A stretch of DNA of 64,000 nt from a virus. Its lineage: Duplodnaviria > Heunggongvirae > Uroviricota > Caudoviricetes. A model generated the notes under the pieces. That model had not been told where the DNA came from and ran no database searches. It saw only the letters and a list, made by a program, of their open reading frames with translations. The stretch spans positions 17,814-81,813 of IMG/VR virus record IMGVR_UViG_3300009131_000001, one strand, 5' to 3'. A program made the translations under genes and the position numbers. Below, piece by piece: positions 36,106-44,004 of this stretch (position 1 is the first letter of the stretch; the number at the start of each line of letters is the position of its first letter).

Positions 36106-36723
36106 CTACTCTATAATCAAATCAATTAATTTCTTCTTATCAACATCTACTAATTTAGTAACTGCTAATTCTCTAAGAAATTGAATTGACAATGATTCTA
36201 ACTTATTTATATCAAAAAATACTCCCTTTTGTTTAGGTTTTACTTCTTGAGTATTAGTATCTGATTGACATGGTTTTGAGATAATTTTAGCCCATTTATT
36301 TGTGTTTATATCAAAAACTATCATATTATCATTAAATATATAACTCATCCTACTAATTTTAAGTGGTTTCGATATAATAAATATATCTCCAGAATATGGA
36401 GATTTACATACAGTACCAATAGGATAATTCTTTATAACATATTCTAATAACTCTTCTCTACTAGAATTCTTATCAGGAATGCTAGATTTAGGTTGTTTAT
36501 TAACACCATTTTTAGTATTAATCACACTAGAATTATCAGATTCTAATGAGAATACTTTATCTTGCTTGGATAGTACATTATACCATCTAGCACTACATAC
36601 TCCAAACTTTTTACTCTTTAATCTTTTACTTGCATTTCTAAAGGCATTAGCAAGATTATTAGGAGATTTAGATATTTCTTCTTTTAGAATAGTATCTTCC
36701 TTTTTAGTCCAAATAGTTCTCAT
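36106..36723 (-). CDS. hypothetical protein (shares a YPIGT...NKWA.I.S.P domain with 33215..34936)
   Basis: LLEYVIKNYPIGTVCK...NTNKWAKIISKP compared with AKRRYTIGTKFK...QSNKWAEIVSTP. Confidence 0.5.
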   Translation of the reverse strand: MRTIWTKKEDTILKEEISKSPNNLANAFRNASKRLKSKKFGVCSARWYNVLSKQDKVFSLESDNSSVINTKNGVNKQPKSSIPDKNSSREELLEYVIKNYPIGTVCKSPYSGDIFIISKPLKISRMSYIFNDNMIVFDINTNKWAKIISKPCQSDTNTQEVKPKQKGVFFDINKLESLSIQFLRELAVTKLVDVDKKKLIDLIIE

Positions 36724-36753
36724 ATTAAATTGTTTTAAAATTGTTGTTAAAAG

Positions 36754-36906
36754 TTAATCATAAGTCTCAGAACCAGGATAATACTGCCCATTAGCAAAAT
36801 CCTCATCAAAAATATCTTGATATCTTCCACAGTGGGGGCACTCTAATGATTTATTATAATCATATTCTTTCCCACATTTGTTACATGTTATTATGTCCTC
36901 TTCCAT
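36754..36906 (-). CDS. small zinc-ribbon protein (50 aa)
   Basis: Hand translation gives MEEDIITCNKCGKEYDYNKSLECPHCGRYQDIFDEDFANGQYYPGSETYD with CxxC...CxxC. Confidence 0.35.
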   Translation of the reverse strand: MEEDIITCNKCGKEYDYNKSLECPHCGRYQDIFDEDFANGQYYPGSETYD

Positions 36907-37128
36907 ATTTTAAAGTGTTAAAAATTAATCCTCAACTATCACAATTGAATTAAATCATTTCTGATTAGTATTAGATAGTTGAGGATATAAAATGTTATTC
37001 AGTTTGGTCAAAATCACTTGTTAAAATATATACTAGTCCAATAGCAAATACTAGTATACATAATGGATTATGAAAGTAGGCTGTTATGCCTAAAAGTATA
37101 ATCCATAAAATGGGTATTAAATAGGATT

Positions 37129-37893
37129 TCATTGTTTCTTTTTGTTTTGGTTAAACCATTCATTAAATGACTTTGTACTACGTACTTCTTTATCAATAGT
37201 TCTTAAATTATAAGAATACTTACACAAAGCAAGAACTTCCTCTTCTGTATAAAGGACAGGTTCTTCAAACTCTGCACAACTTCCAAATTCATCTGTTATA
37301 GTTGATTTTTTCTTGCAATTGTTAACACATTTATCACAAGTGCCTTTATTAATAATAGTTACAAAACCATTGGTTAAAATAGGCTCTATTATTTTTATCG
37401 CTGGTTGACCCCCATCAAGAGTGTAAGGTTTAGAAGTCTCTTCTTCAAAATGTTCTTCCATTTCAAATTCAACATCCTTAATAGTCCCATTATGGTATGG
37501 CTCTACAAACTCAGAAATGTATTCTGGAGATATTTGAGATTGTGTGGCTATTACTTTTTTAAAGTGAGATTTATGTATATATGGCTCAAATCTACATTTT
37601 ATTTTTATTATATCATTATTTGAACCAAATCCAACGCATGTAACTATTTCTTCATTATCTAATAATAAAGTATCTCCAACTTCAATCTTTTTATCTTCTA
37701 ATGAGATTAAAATGAGGTCTTTGGGGATCCAACCTAAAACCCTTAATCTCCTATATTCTGCCCCGGTATTGCATTTAAATATATTACCATTTGGTCTTGA
37801 TAATATATTATATACATTTTTTTCATCTATTGCGTTAACCAATACAGGTTTTACTAATTTTGTTTTCATTTGCTTGAGTTTTAAAAAGTTCAA
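37129..37893 (-). CDS. hypothetical protein
   Basis: 254 aa with a C-terminal Cys cluster CDKCVNNC. Confidence 0.5.
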   Translation of the reverse strand: MNFLKLKQMKTKLVKPVLVNAIDEKNVYNILSRPNGNIFKCNTGAEYRRLRVLGWIPKDLILISLEDKKIEVGDTLLLDNEEIVTCVGFGSNNDIIKIKCRFEPYIHKSHFKKVIATQSQISPEYISEFVEPYHNGTIKDVEFEMEEHFEEETSKPYTLDGGQPAIKIIEPILTNGFVTIINKGTCDKCVNNCKKKSTITDEFGSCAEFEEPVLYTEEEVLALCKYSYNLRTIDKEVRSTKSFNEWFNQNKKKQ

Positions 37894-37967
37894 TATTTTG
37901 ATAAACCCCTCAGTTCAATCTATTAGATATGTAGTTGAGGGGTTTTTAGTTAATGCCAAAAGAAAAT

Positions 37968-38070
37968 AATGACTGATAATCTGAATTCGCTACCACTATG
38001 CCCTCAACATTTCTTGTTAAGTATAGAATAATTCAAATAACTCCAATGCTGGCATCAATTATCAGTCATT
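37968..38070. repeat. 13-bp perfect inverted repeat (aatgactgataat / attatcagtcatt) enclosing a 77-nt GC-richer segment. It is a structured element or MITE-like insertion within a 385-bp non-coding region.
   Basis: Seen directly in the sequence. Internal sub-palindromes gaattcgc/gcgaatt and ttagca-cagtt-tgctaa are nearby. Confidence 0.4.
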
Positions 38071-38278
38071 AAAAAGAAAGTAACAAGTATTTTCATGATA
38101 TATTCATTTATTATCGAGCGAATTAGCACAGTTTGCTAATACCTCTAAAACTTCAATAACTGTTTATTACTTGTTACTATAAGTTTAGTAAGTTCTAATT
38201 TAGATACCGTTTTTATCAGAGTGAAATTAATCCGTTAAATAAAATACGGATAAATTGGACTAGAACTTACTTTATGTT

Positions 38279-38554
38279 TTACTTTAATGTACCACCTACA
38301 TTTACTTCGTATTTACCTCCAAAGTATTCATAGGTTTTATTTGTTTTGGTATCTTTAATTATTAGTAAATACTTATAAGCTTCAAAATTAGCATTATTAA
38401 CTCCTTTTATTACTACTACAGCATGTCCTTCACAAGCCTTAATAATTTCATCTAATGAATGATAATCAGGATTTTTTATTGTTCCTTTTGCTCTATCAAA
38501 ATTACATGATGTTAATAATACTAGTATTAGTAAGTTTAGTACAAAAGTTTTCAT
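38279..38554 (-). CDS. lipoprotein
   Basis: MKTFVLNLLILVLLTSCNF gives a signal peptide plus the LTSC lipobox. Confidence 0.5.
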   Translation of the reverse strand: MKTFVLNLLILVLLTSCNFDRAKGTIKNPDYHSLDEIIKACEGHAVVVIKGVNNANFEAYKYLLIIKDTKTNKTYEYFGGKYEVNVGGTLK

Positions 38555-38575
38555 AAGTTAACTGAGTTTAAAATG

Positions 38576-38863
38576 TTACTTATTAAGCTTCTTTATCCAA
38601 TGTTTTAGAAACTTAATTCTAGGAGTTTTATTTCCACGTGTCCACCAGTATCCATGATTTCTATATTTAAAAGAATAGCCATACTGATACCATTTGGGTC
38701 TGTGTGTATCTAAGAAATTATGTAATAAGACCCACTCTTCCCCCGAAATTAGATTACCCCGATGTAAAGCAAGGAGTTTATTACATAATCCATGATGCAA
38801 ATTACTTTCAACTTCTTTTAAAAGAATTTCAAGTAATGTTTTTAAATCTCTAGTGTTTTCCAT
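38576..38863 (-). CDS. hypothetical basic protein
   Basis: 95-aa ORF, W/K/R-rich. Confidence 0.4.
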   Translation of the reverse strand: MENTRDLKTLLEILLKEVESNLHHGLCNKLLALHRGNLISGEEWVLLHNFLDTHRPKWYQYGYSFKYRNHGYWWTRGNKTPRIKFLKHWIKKLNK

Positions 38864-38888
38864 TTATTTGAGTTTAAAATGTTGCTTA

Positions 38889-39320
38889 CTACTGTTTACT
38901 CAAAGATATTATATGAATTTTCCATCCATTAACATCATCAATTACTGGCAATCCATACGAAATGAATTTTAATGTTACTTTAAATCCAGTTTGATTAGCT
39001 ACTGCTGGATGAGCATTAGAACCTGCTATATTAGGAAATGCTCCTTTTATAACTTTAACATTTTTACAAATAGTAACAGGTTTAAACTTATCTTTTCTAT
39101 ATACTAACTTTTGCTCATTGCATATAAGAGAATCCCCATTATATCCTAAATAAGTAAATTCAGCAATTACTTCATATGTAGAAAGTAATCTATCTTTTAA
39201 ATCTTTGAAGATTTCTAGATGTTGATTAGTTCTAATTAAATATGCACATGAAAATATTTTATCATATATTGTCTCATCAGAACATGTTTTATTATAGTTC
39301 ATGTTACTTCTATCAATCAT
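38889..39320 (-). CDS. hypothetical protein
   Basis: 143-aa ORF. Confidence 0.45.
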   Translation of the reverse strand: MIDRSNMNYNKTCSDETIYDKIFSCAYLIRTNQHLEIFKDLKDRLLSTYEVIAEFTYLGYNGDSLICNEQKLVYRKDKFKPVTICKNVKVIKGAFPNIAGSNAHPAVANQTGFKVTLKFISYGLPVIDDVNGWKIHIISLSKQ

Positions 39321-39421
39321 TGTAATAAAGTTTAAAATGTTATTAGATGGGATTTAAGTAAATTTGTAGTGTCAACTACTAAATAAAGGAAATATAGGAG
39401 GTGTAAAACCTCCCATAATCC

Positions 39422-39727
39422 CTATAACTTACTAATTTCCATTAATGTAACATTAACTTCTTCTTCAGTAAGATTCCCTAGTACATCATTAATAATGGAT
39501 GTAGAATAATCTATATCAAAAGAAAATTCATCATTAAATGGTACACCTTTAATATTTTTTAGTACTGCAAGTTCCCACAATCCAATCTTATTACCATAAG
39601 AGAAATCATGCTTAAGAATACTAACACCTTTACCATTAGGAAATATTGCTACATACTGAATTCCCCTATTTGTAGGTCTATTAGGAAGTTCTTTAAAATC
39701 CATAATATATGATGTTAAATTAAACAA
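39422..39727 (-). CDS. hypothetical protein
   Basis: 101-aa ORF. Confidence 0.4.
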   Translation of the reverse strand: MFNLTSYIMDFKELPNRPTNRGIQYVAIFPNGKGVSILKHDFSYGNKIGLWELAVLKNIKGVPFNDEFSFDIDYSTSIINDVLGNLTEEEVNVTLMEISKL

Positions 39728-39777
39728 TCAAACTTAAGAATATGGGAGAATATTTCATCTCCCATAATTCACACATC

Positions 39778-40044
39778 TTACAGTGTATCCTGAATATTTT
39801 CTTCAGGATTACTTCCAGCCTTATGAATAAGGTAGAATTCATCTGCACCAGCAACTACCCTAGATACCATTGTGTTAGTCCTATAATCAGAACTAACTGC
39901 GCCACTAATCCTACCTAACTTGGTAGAATAGCAGGAGAAGAATAACTTACCACTATTAGGATTCTTAATAATGTCAATCTTAGTGATTCCATTATTACCC
40001 TTGAAGTCTGCTAGTGAGAAGGTGTTAACAAATGTTAAGTCCAT
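39778..40044 (-). CDS. hypothetical protein (first gene of the leftward block)
   Basis: 88-aa ORF adjacent to the divergent control region. Confidence 0.45.
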   Translation of the reverse strand: MDLTFVNTFSLADFKGNNGITKIDIIKNPNSGKLFFSCYSTKLGRISGAVSSDYRTNTMVSRVVAGADEFYLIHKAGSNPEENIQDTL

Positions 40045-40086
40045 GATAACGTAATTTTGAAATGAAACAATAAATACAAGGTTAAA

Positions 40087-40246
40087 TATAAAGTGTGCAA
40101 TCCACTATTCTGTCTGTAATTTACCTGTTAACTTGCTTCAGCGTTCCATCATAGCCTCCAAGTCTTAGTTGAGCAGCTAGGTAACGGTTAGGCAGGACTT
40201 TCACCTTCAGGTTGTGGTATAACTTCAAATTAAGCACACTTTATAT
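40087..40246. ncRNA. candidate structured RNA or IR-bounded element: 12-bp perfect inverted repeat (tataaagtgtgc / gcacactttata) enclosing a ~136-nt segment of clearly higher GC than its surroundings
   Basis: Seen in the sequence. It is non-coding in all frames and lies in the 5' region of the leftward early transcription unit. Confidence 0.35.
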
Positions 40247-40330
40247 AGGAAACCCCAATAGGGGATATGCCCAAAATTTAGTTTGGGTGTGGGGGTTATG
40301 GGTGGGTTAGTCAGTGATATTATTAGTATT

Positions 40331-40413
40331 CAAAATTTTGAAAAAATTATCAAAAATTTTATAGTTAATGATCTCAGTAATATCCAAAATTTTAAAAATT
40401 TTTCAAAAAATTA
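40331..40413. repeat. Two ~30-bp AT-rich direct repeats (caaaattttgaaaaaattatcaaaaatttt / ccaaaattttaaaaatttttcaaaaaatta), each containing the palindrome CAAAATTTTG or a near match. Candidate origin iterons or regulator sites.
   Basis: Direct reading; about 53 bp centre-to-centre. Confidence 0.5.
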
Positions 40414-40432
40414 TTTTACTACTTAAGGTCAT

Positions 40433-40465
40433 GTACTTAAATAAGTACACTAGTGTACTTAAATT
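40433..40465. promoter_or_regulatory. Stacked palindromic operator-like sites: gtacttaaataagtac and the 18-bp perfect palindrome aagtacactagtgtactt. There are three GTACTTA / TAAGTAC half-sites.
   Basis: Direct reading. Confidence 0.5.
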
Positions 40466-40600
40466 AAGATACCTAAAGAATAGTAGTTATAGAGTAAATA
40501 AAGAGAAGGAACTGTTAGTATTTTTATAGGATAATTATTTGAATACTAGTGAGTTAAGTATTGAAATACTCCATTCCTTAGTAGTATCAGACTACCTTGA

Positions 40601-40638
40601 TAGTCATACCAGAGTGATGCTTAGTCATACCAGAGTGA
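40601..40638. promoter_or_regulatory. Tandem 17-bp direct repeat tagtcataccagagtga x2 with a 21-bp period, immediately upstream of the rightward promoter
   Basis: Direct reading. Confidence 0.5.
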
Positions 40639-40667
40639 CTAAAAATGTTAAATAAGTACGACTATTA

Positions 40668-40699
40668 TTTGGAATTGTTAGATATTAGTCATATTTTTG
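40668..40699 (+). promoter_or_regulatory. Bacteroidota-type sigma-A promoter for the rightward operon: -33 TTTG, a 20-nt spacer, then -7 TAttTTTG
   Basis: TTTG at 40668-40671 and TATTTTTG at 40692-40699. The spacing matches the Bacteroides/Flavobacterium consensus TTTG-N19-21-TAnnTTTG. The ATG at 40721 has no SD. Confidence 0.5.
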
Positions 40700-40720
40700 T
40701 AAGACTAAATTAAAATAATT

Positions 40721-41200
40721 ATGCAGTTAGAGAAAATTGTAGAAACTGAACATGGGTTTGTAGACCCTGAAACTGGAGAAGTTATTTCTTCATCCTTTAC
40801 TAATACAAAGCATATCATAAAGAAGAAGACTACTTTTGATAATTTTGTGCAGGTATATATTAGAGATTTGGCAGATATTTATAGGATTACTAGTAGAACT
40901 CAGATTGCTCTTCTAATGGTACTATGTGAAGAATCTAAAATGATTTTAAGTAATTCAGATATTCTTCCGACATTTACTGCTCTTATTGATGATAAGCAAA
41001 GATGGGCAGAGAAGTTACAAATAAATGCAGGAAAGAATGTGGATAATGCCCTAGCTGAATTGGTTAAAAAAAATATTGTACTTAGAATAAGTAGAGGCAA
41101 ATATTCTTTAAACCCTAAGTATATATTCTCAGGAGCATTAAAGGATAGACCTAAAATGCTTGAACTATGTGTGAAATATGAAATATCAGAATCTGTATAA
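40721..41200 (+). CDS. putative winged-helix DNA-binding regulator (paralog of 12371..12886); first gene of the rightward block
   Basis: DPETGEVISSSFTN...; ALAELVKKNIVLRISRGKYSLNPKYIFSG wHTH-like segment. Confidence 0.5.
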   Translation: MQLEKIVETEHGFVDPETGEVISSSFTNTKHIIKKKTTFDNFVQVYIRDLADIYRITSRTQIALLMVLCEESKMILSNSDILPTFTALIDDKQRWAEKLQINAGKNVDNALAELVKKNIVLRISRGKYSLNPKYIFSGALKDRPKMLELCVKYEISESV

Positions 41201-41280
41201 ACATTATTTAACACATCTATAGGATAAGAGTTAGAAATTAATCTTTATATTTATCACCAATTAAATTTAACTAGTAGAAT

Positions 41281-41811
41281 ATGACTAAGGAGGAATTAAT
41301 AAAAAGTATAGAAAGAAACCTTACAAGTCTTAAAATTATTTGTAAGGATTCAGAAGATAATGAATGGGGAGAGATAATAAAAAGCTCTTATAGTAATGAC
41401 AGAACTTTTTTCTATCGAGGATGTTTAAATACTCCTACAGAGCAACTACTTATCTATAAGGCTATATTATCTACAATACCTGTAGAGTATAGAGATAATG
41501 CTACAATACAATTTAGCATGGAAGGTTCGTTAGTTCAGAAATTGAGTATTAGCGTATATGGTGAGTATAATTGTACTGTTAGTATGTATATGATAAAAAC
41601 AGCTCCTGGGCGGATTAAGTTAAGAAGTGCTTGGGATAATACAGAGATTGAATACGGGTTTGTACACTGTTTTGATAATGCTAAAAGTCTTACGGAAATA
41701 CCTGTTATAGAAAATAATTACACTCAGCCAATAGTTGATGGCTTTGAAATGCCTGAACTTCCTGATGAAGTTATTGAAAATATATTTAAAGAATTTGATA
41801 GTAAAGAATAA
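41281..41811 (+). CDS. hypothetical protein
   Basis: 176-aa ORF. Confidence 0.5.
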   Translation: MTKEELIKSIERNLTSLKIICKDSEDNEWGEIIKSSYSNDRTFFYRGCLNTPTEQLLIYKAILSTIPVEYRDNATIQFSMEGSLVQKLSISVYGEYNCTVSMYMIKTAPGRIKLRSAWDNTEIEYGFVHCFDNAKSLTEIPVIENNYTQPIVDGFEMPELPDEVIENIFKEFDSKE

Positions 41812-41907
41812 ACTATTATATTTGTACTGATTCTACACTCAGTATGAGATATAGTTGGTGTAGATGTTTGTAATTGTTTTTCATATGACTGATATTTTGG
41901 ATGATGG

Positions 41908-41945
41908 AATCCCTACTAGTTAATTCTGGTAGGGATTTTTCTTTC
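41908..41945 (+). terminator. rho-independent terminator
   Basis: aatccctac/gtagggatt 9-bp stem with a 12-nt loop, followed by TTTTCTTT. Confidence 0.5.
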
Positions 41946-42028
41946 ACATCTTAACCTTATTTATATGTTCTCTAGGATTAACTGTTTGAAGTTTTAGTAT
42001 ATTTGAGCAGAATTAAAACTGATTTACT

Positions 42029-42274
42029 ATGGTAAAATATTTTTGTGATTGCTGCAATAGAGAATTAGATGGTAGGTATTATGAAATACCTATAATGAAA
42101 CATATTGTTGAACAAGGTATAGATAAAATTATGTCAGGACATTTTAAAATGATTGACGGGGAAATGCATAGTATTTCTGGAGTCATAGTGAATAAACAAC
42201 TTTGCCTACCTTGCTATAATAAAATTATGTATAGAATAACTGAGGAGTTTGAAAATTTGAAAAGTTCTAAATAG
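42029..42274 (+). CDS. small zinc-finger protein
   Basis: CDCCNREL...CLPCYNK gives paired CxxC. Confidence 0.45.
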   Translation: MVKYFCDCCNRELDGRYYEIPIMKHIVEQGIDKIMSGHFKMIDGEMHSISGVIVNKQLCLPCYNKIMYRITEEFENLKSSK

Positions 42275-42281
42275 TATTAAA

Positions 42282-42506
42282 GTGGAAGATAAAGTAGAAA
42301 GATTAAAGGAAGTACTCAAGGAGTATGAACCTCACCTTAAAGTATGGAATACTATTCATTTAGAGGTTATAGATGATTTTATTTATATTATGTTTCTAGA
42401 ACCTAAGCATAAAAATGGGTATTCATCACTTATTAAGGAAGCACCTATAGCTGATATTGATAGGATTATAGAGATTTATGAAACTAAACTTAAGAAGTAT
42501 GAATGA
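42282..42506 (+). CDS. hypothetical protein
   Basis: Co-oriented ORF. Confidence 0.4.
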   Translation: MEDKVERLKEVLKEYEPHLKVWNTIHLEVIDDFIYIMFLEPKHKNGYSSLIKEAPIADIDRIIEIYETKLKKYE

Positions 42507-42663
42507 TTTACTAGAGATTAAGTATGAGATACTAAATGAATTATTAGAAGAATACTTACTATGTGAAGATGAATCTAAACTATCTAAACTAAGAGATATG
42601 ATTGATAGGTTAGATTATAGTATTGATTTAGATGAAGGATATAAATATTTAAGTAATGATTAA
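42478..42663 (+). CDS. hypothetical protein
   Basis: Co-oriented ORF. Confidence 0.35.
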   Translation: MKLNLRSMNDLLEIKYEILNELLEEYLLCEDESKLSKLRDMIDRLDYSIDLDEGYKYLSND

Positions 42664-42889
42664 AGAACCAAATTTACAGGAATTTCAAGATTTACAGTTA
42701 AATTTTGATATGATTAGTAGGGGTATTAGACCTGAAGGAATGGGTTTTGAGAAGTTTAAGTACTATAGAAAGATTACTCAGGCATTACTTAAGAGAAGAC
42801 TTAAAGGAGAATTAGTACATATGAGTACTTCTCTAGGATTGGGTAAAGGAAGTGGGGTTACTTATATTAAACCTAAAGAATTAGTATAA
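42656..42889 (+). CDS. hypothetical protein
   Basis: Co-oriented ORF. Confidence 0.4.
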   Translation: MIKEPNLQEFQDLQLNFDMISRGIRPEGMGFEKFKYYRKITQALLKRRLKGELVHMSTSLGLGKGSGVTYIKPKELV

Positions 42890-43195
42890 GTGGAAAATAT
42901 GATACCTAAACAATTTAAATTATTTGGAAGTACTATAGAAGTTATATTTGACAATAAGTACTGTAATAATAAAAACTTATATGGGGAAGCATCCTATAGT
43001 GAAAATAAAATTATCTTATCAAATGTTGATGGGGTAGATGATTTATCTCCAGATAGAGTGTTGGATACATACTACCATGAAAAGGTACATTTAATACTGG
43101 ACAGTATGGGAGAAGCTGATTTAAGTAAGAATGAAAAGTTTGTAGAGATATTTTCAAAACTGTTAAGGCAGTCTGATATAACAAGTGAATATTAA
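42890..43195 (+). CDS. small protein with an HExxH motif (possible mini metallopeptidase / ImmA-IrrE-like)
   Basis: YHEKVHLILDS contains HEKVH. Confidence 0.35.
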   Translation: MENMIPKQFKLFGSTIEVIFDNKYCNNKNLYGEASYSENKIILSNVDGVDDLSPDRVLDTYYHEKVHLILDSMGEADLSKNEKFVEIFSKLLRQSDITSEY

Positions 43196-43211
43196 TTTTA
43201 ATTTTATATAA

Positions 43212-43586
43212 ATGGAATTTAAGGTAAGAGGAAATGTAGTATTATTTGATGCACTTGAGATTAAGAAAGCATCTAAACTTATTCTAGATATGAAAGATAA
43301 GAAGTATAAGCTGATTGTTGCTTATAGAGGTGATGAAGTTGCAGGAATACACATAGGTAATGAGATTGTACTTAGAAATGATAATGCTAAGGAAATAGTG
43401 GAATTAGGTGGACATATTTATTGGCTTACTGCTCCACATAATGTATTAGCAATAGTTGAAGGAAATGACGTAGATACTTATACTTATGAGGAAACTACTA
43501 ACAGACAGAAGAATTCTCCATTAGCCGGAAGTGGCAATGATTTGATTCTACCGCATAATCAGGATATTATAATGCCTAATAATTAA
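43212..43586 (+). CDS. hypothetical protein
   Basis: 124-aa ORF. Confidence 0.45.
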   Translation: MEFKVRGNVVLFDALEIKKASKLILDMKDKKYKLIVAYRGDEVAGIHIGNEIVLRNDNAKEIVELGGHIYWLTAPHNVLAIVEGNDVDTYTYEETTNRQKNSPLAGSGNDLILPHNQDIIMPNN

Positions 43587-43606
43587 TTCAATTAAAATAA
43601 TAAATT

Positions 43607-43897
43607 ATGAATTTTGGACAAGCAATTGAAGCCTTAAAAGAAGGTAAATTAGTAGCAAGAGAAGGTTGGAATGGTAAGGGGTTATTTGTAATGAAACAAA
43701 TTCCTGCCGAAATTGGATTAGAGATTATCCCTAAAATGCAGTCTGTACAAGAAAGTGCTAAACAAATTTTAGTATCTAGAGGTACAACTCTAAAATATGA
43801 GAATCAAATGCTTATTATAAAACCAAATGGTACGGCAGATTCATGGGTTCCAAGCTCTTCTGATGTATTTGCAGAAGATTGGATTGTTGTAGAATAA
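43607..43897 (+). CDS. DUF2829-family protein (Tad2-like candidate anti-Thoeris sponge)
   Basis: N-terminus MNFGQAIEALKEGKLVAREGWNGKGLFVM matches the DUF2829 signature (M.FG.A.EALK.GKKV.R.GWNGKG) recalled from memory. The protein is ~96 aa, the typical family size. Confidence 0.5.
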   Translation: MNFGQAIEALKEGKLVAREGWNGKGLFVMKQIPAEIGLEIIPKMQSVQESAKQILVSRGTTLKYENQMLIIKPNGTADSWVPSSSDVFAEDWIVVE

Positions 43898-43919
43898 TAA
43901 TTAAATTAACTTAATTTAA

Positions 43920-43956
43920 ATCCTCACTAATAAAAATAGTGGGGATTTTATTTTTT
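43920..43956 (+). terminator. rho-independent terminator
   Basis: atcctcacta/tagtggggat 10-bp stem (one G-U) with a 7-nt loop, followed by TTTTATTTTTT. Confidence 0.6.
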
Positions 43957-44004
43957 ATATATAAATGTTTTATATATTTGTATTATAATTAAAATTAATA
44001 ATTA

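Noticed and set aside
40331-40413. Possible CRISPR array suggested by AT-rich direct repeats
   Set aside because: There are only two imperfect ~30-bp repeats with a short spacer and no cas genes. Origin iterons or operator sites fit better.
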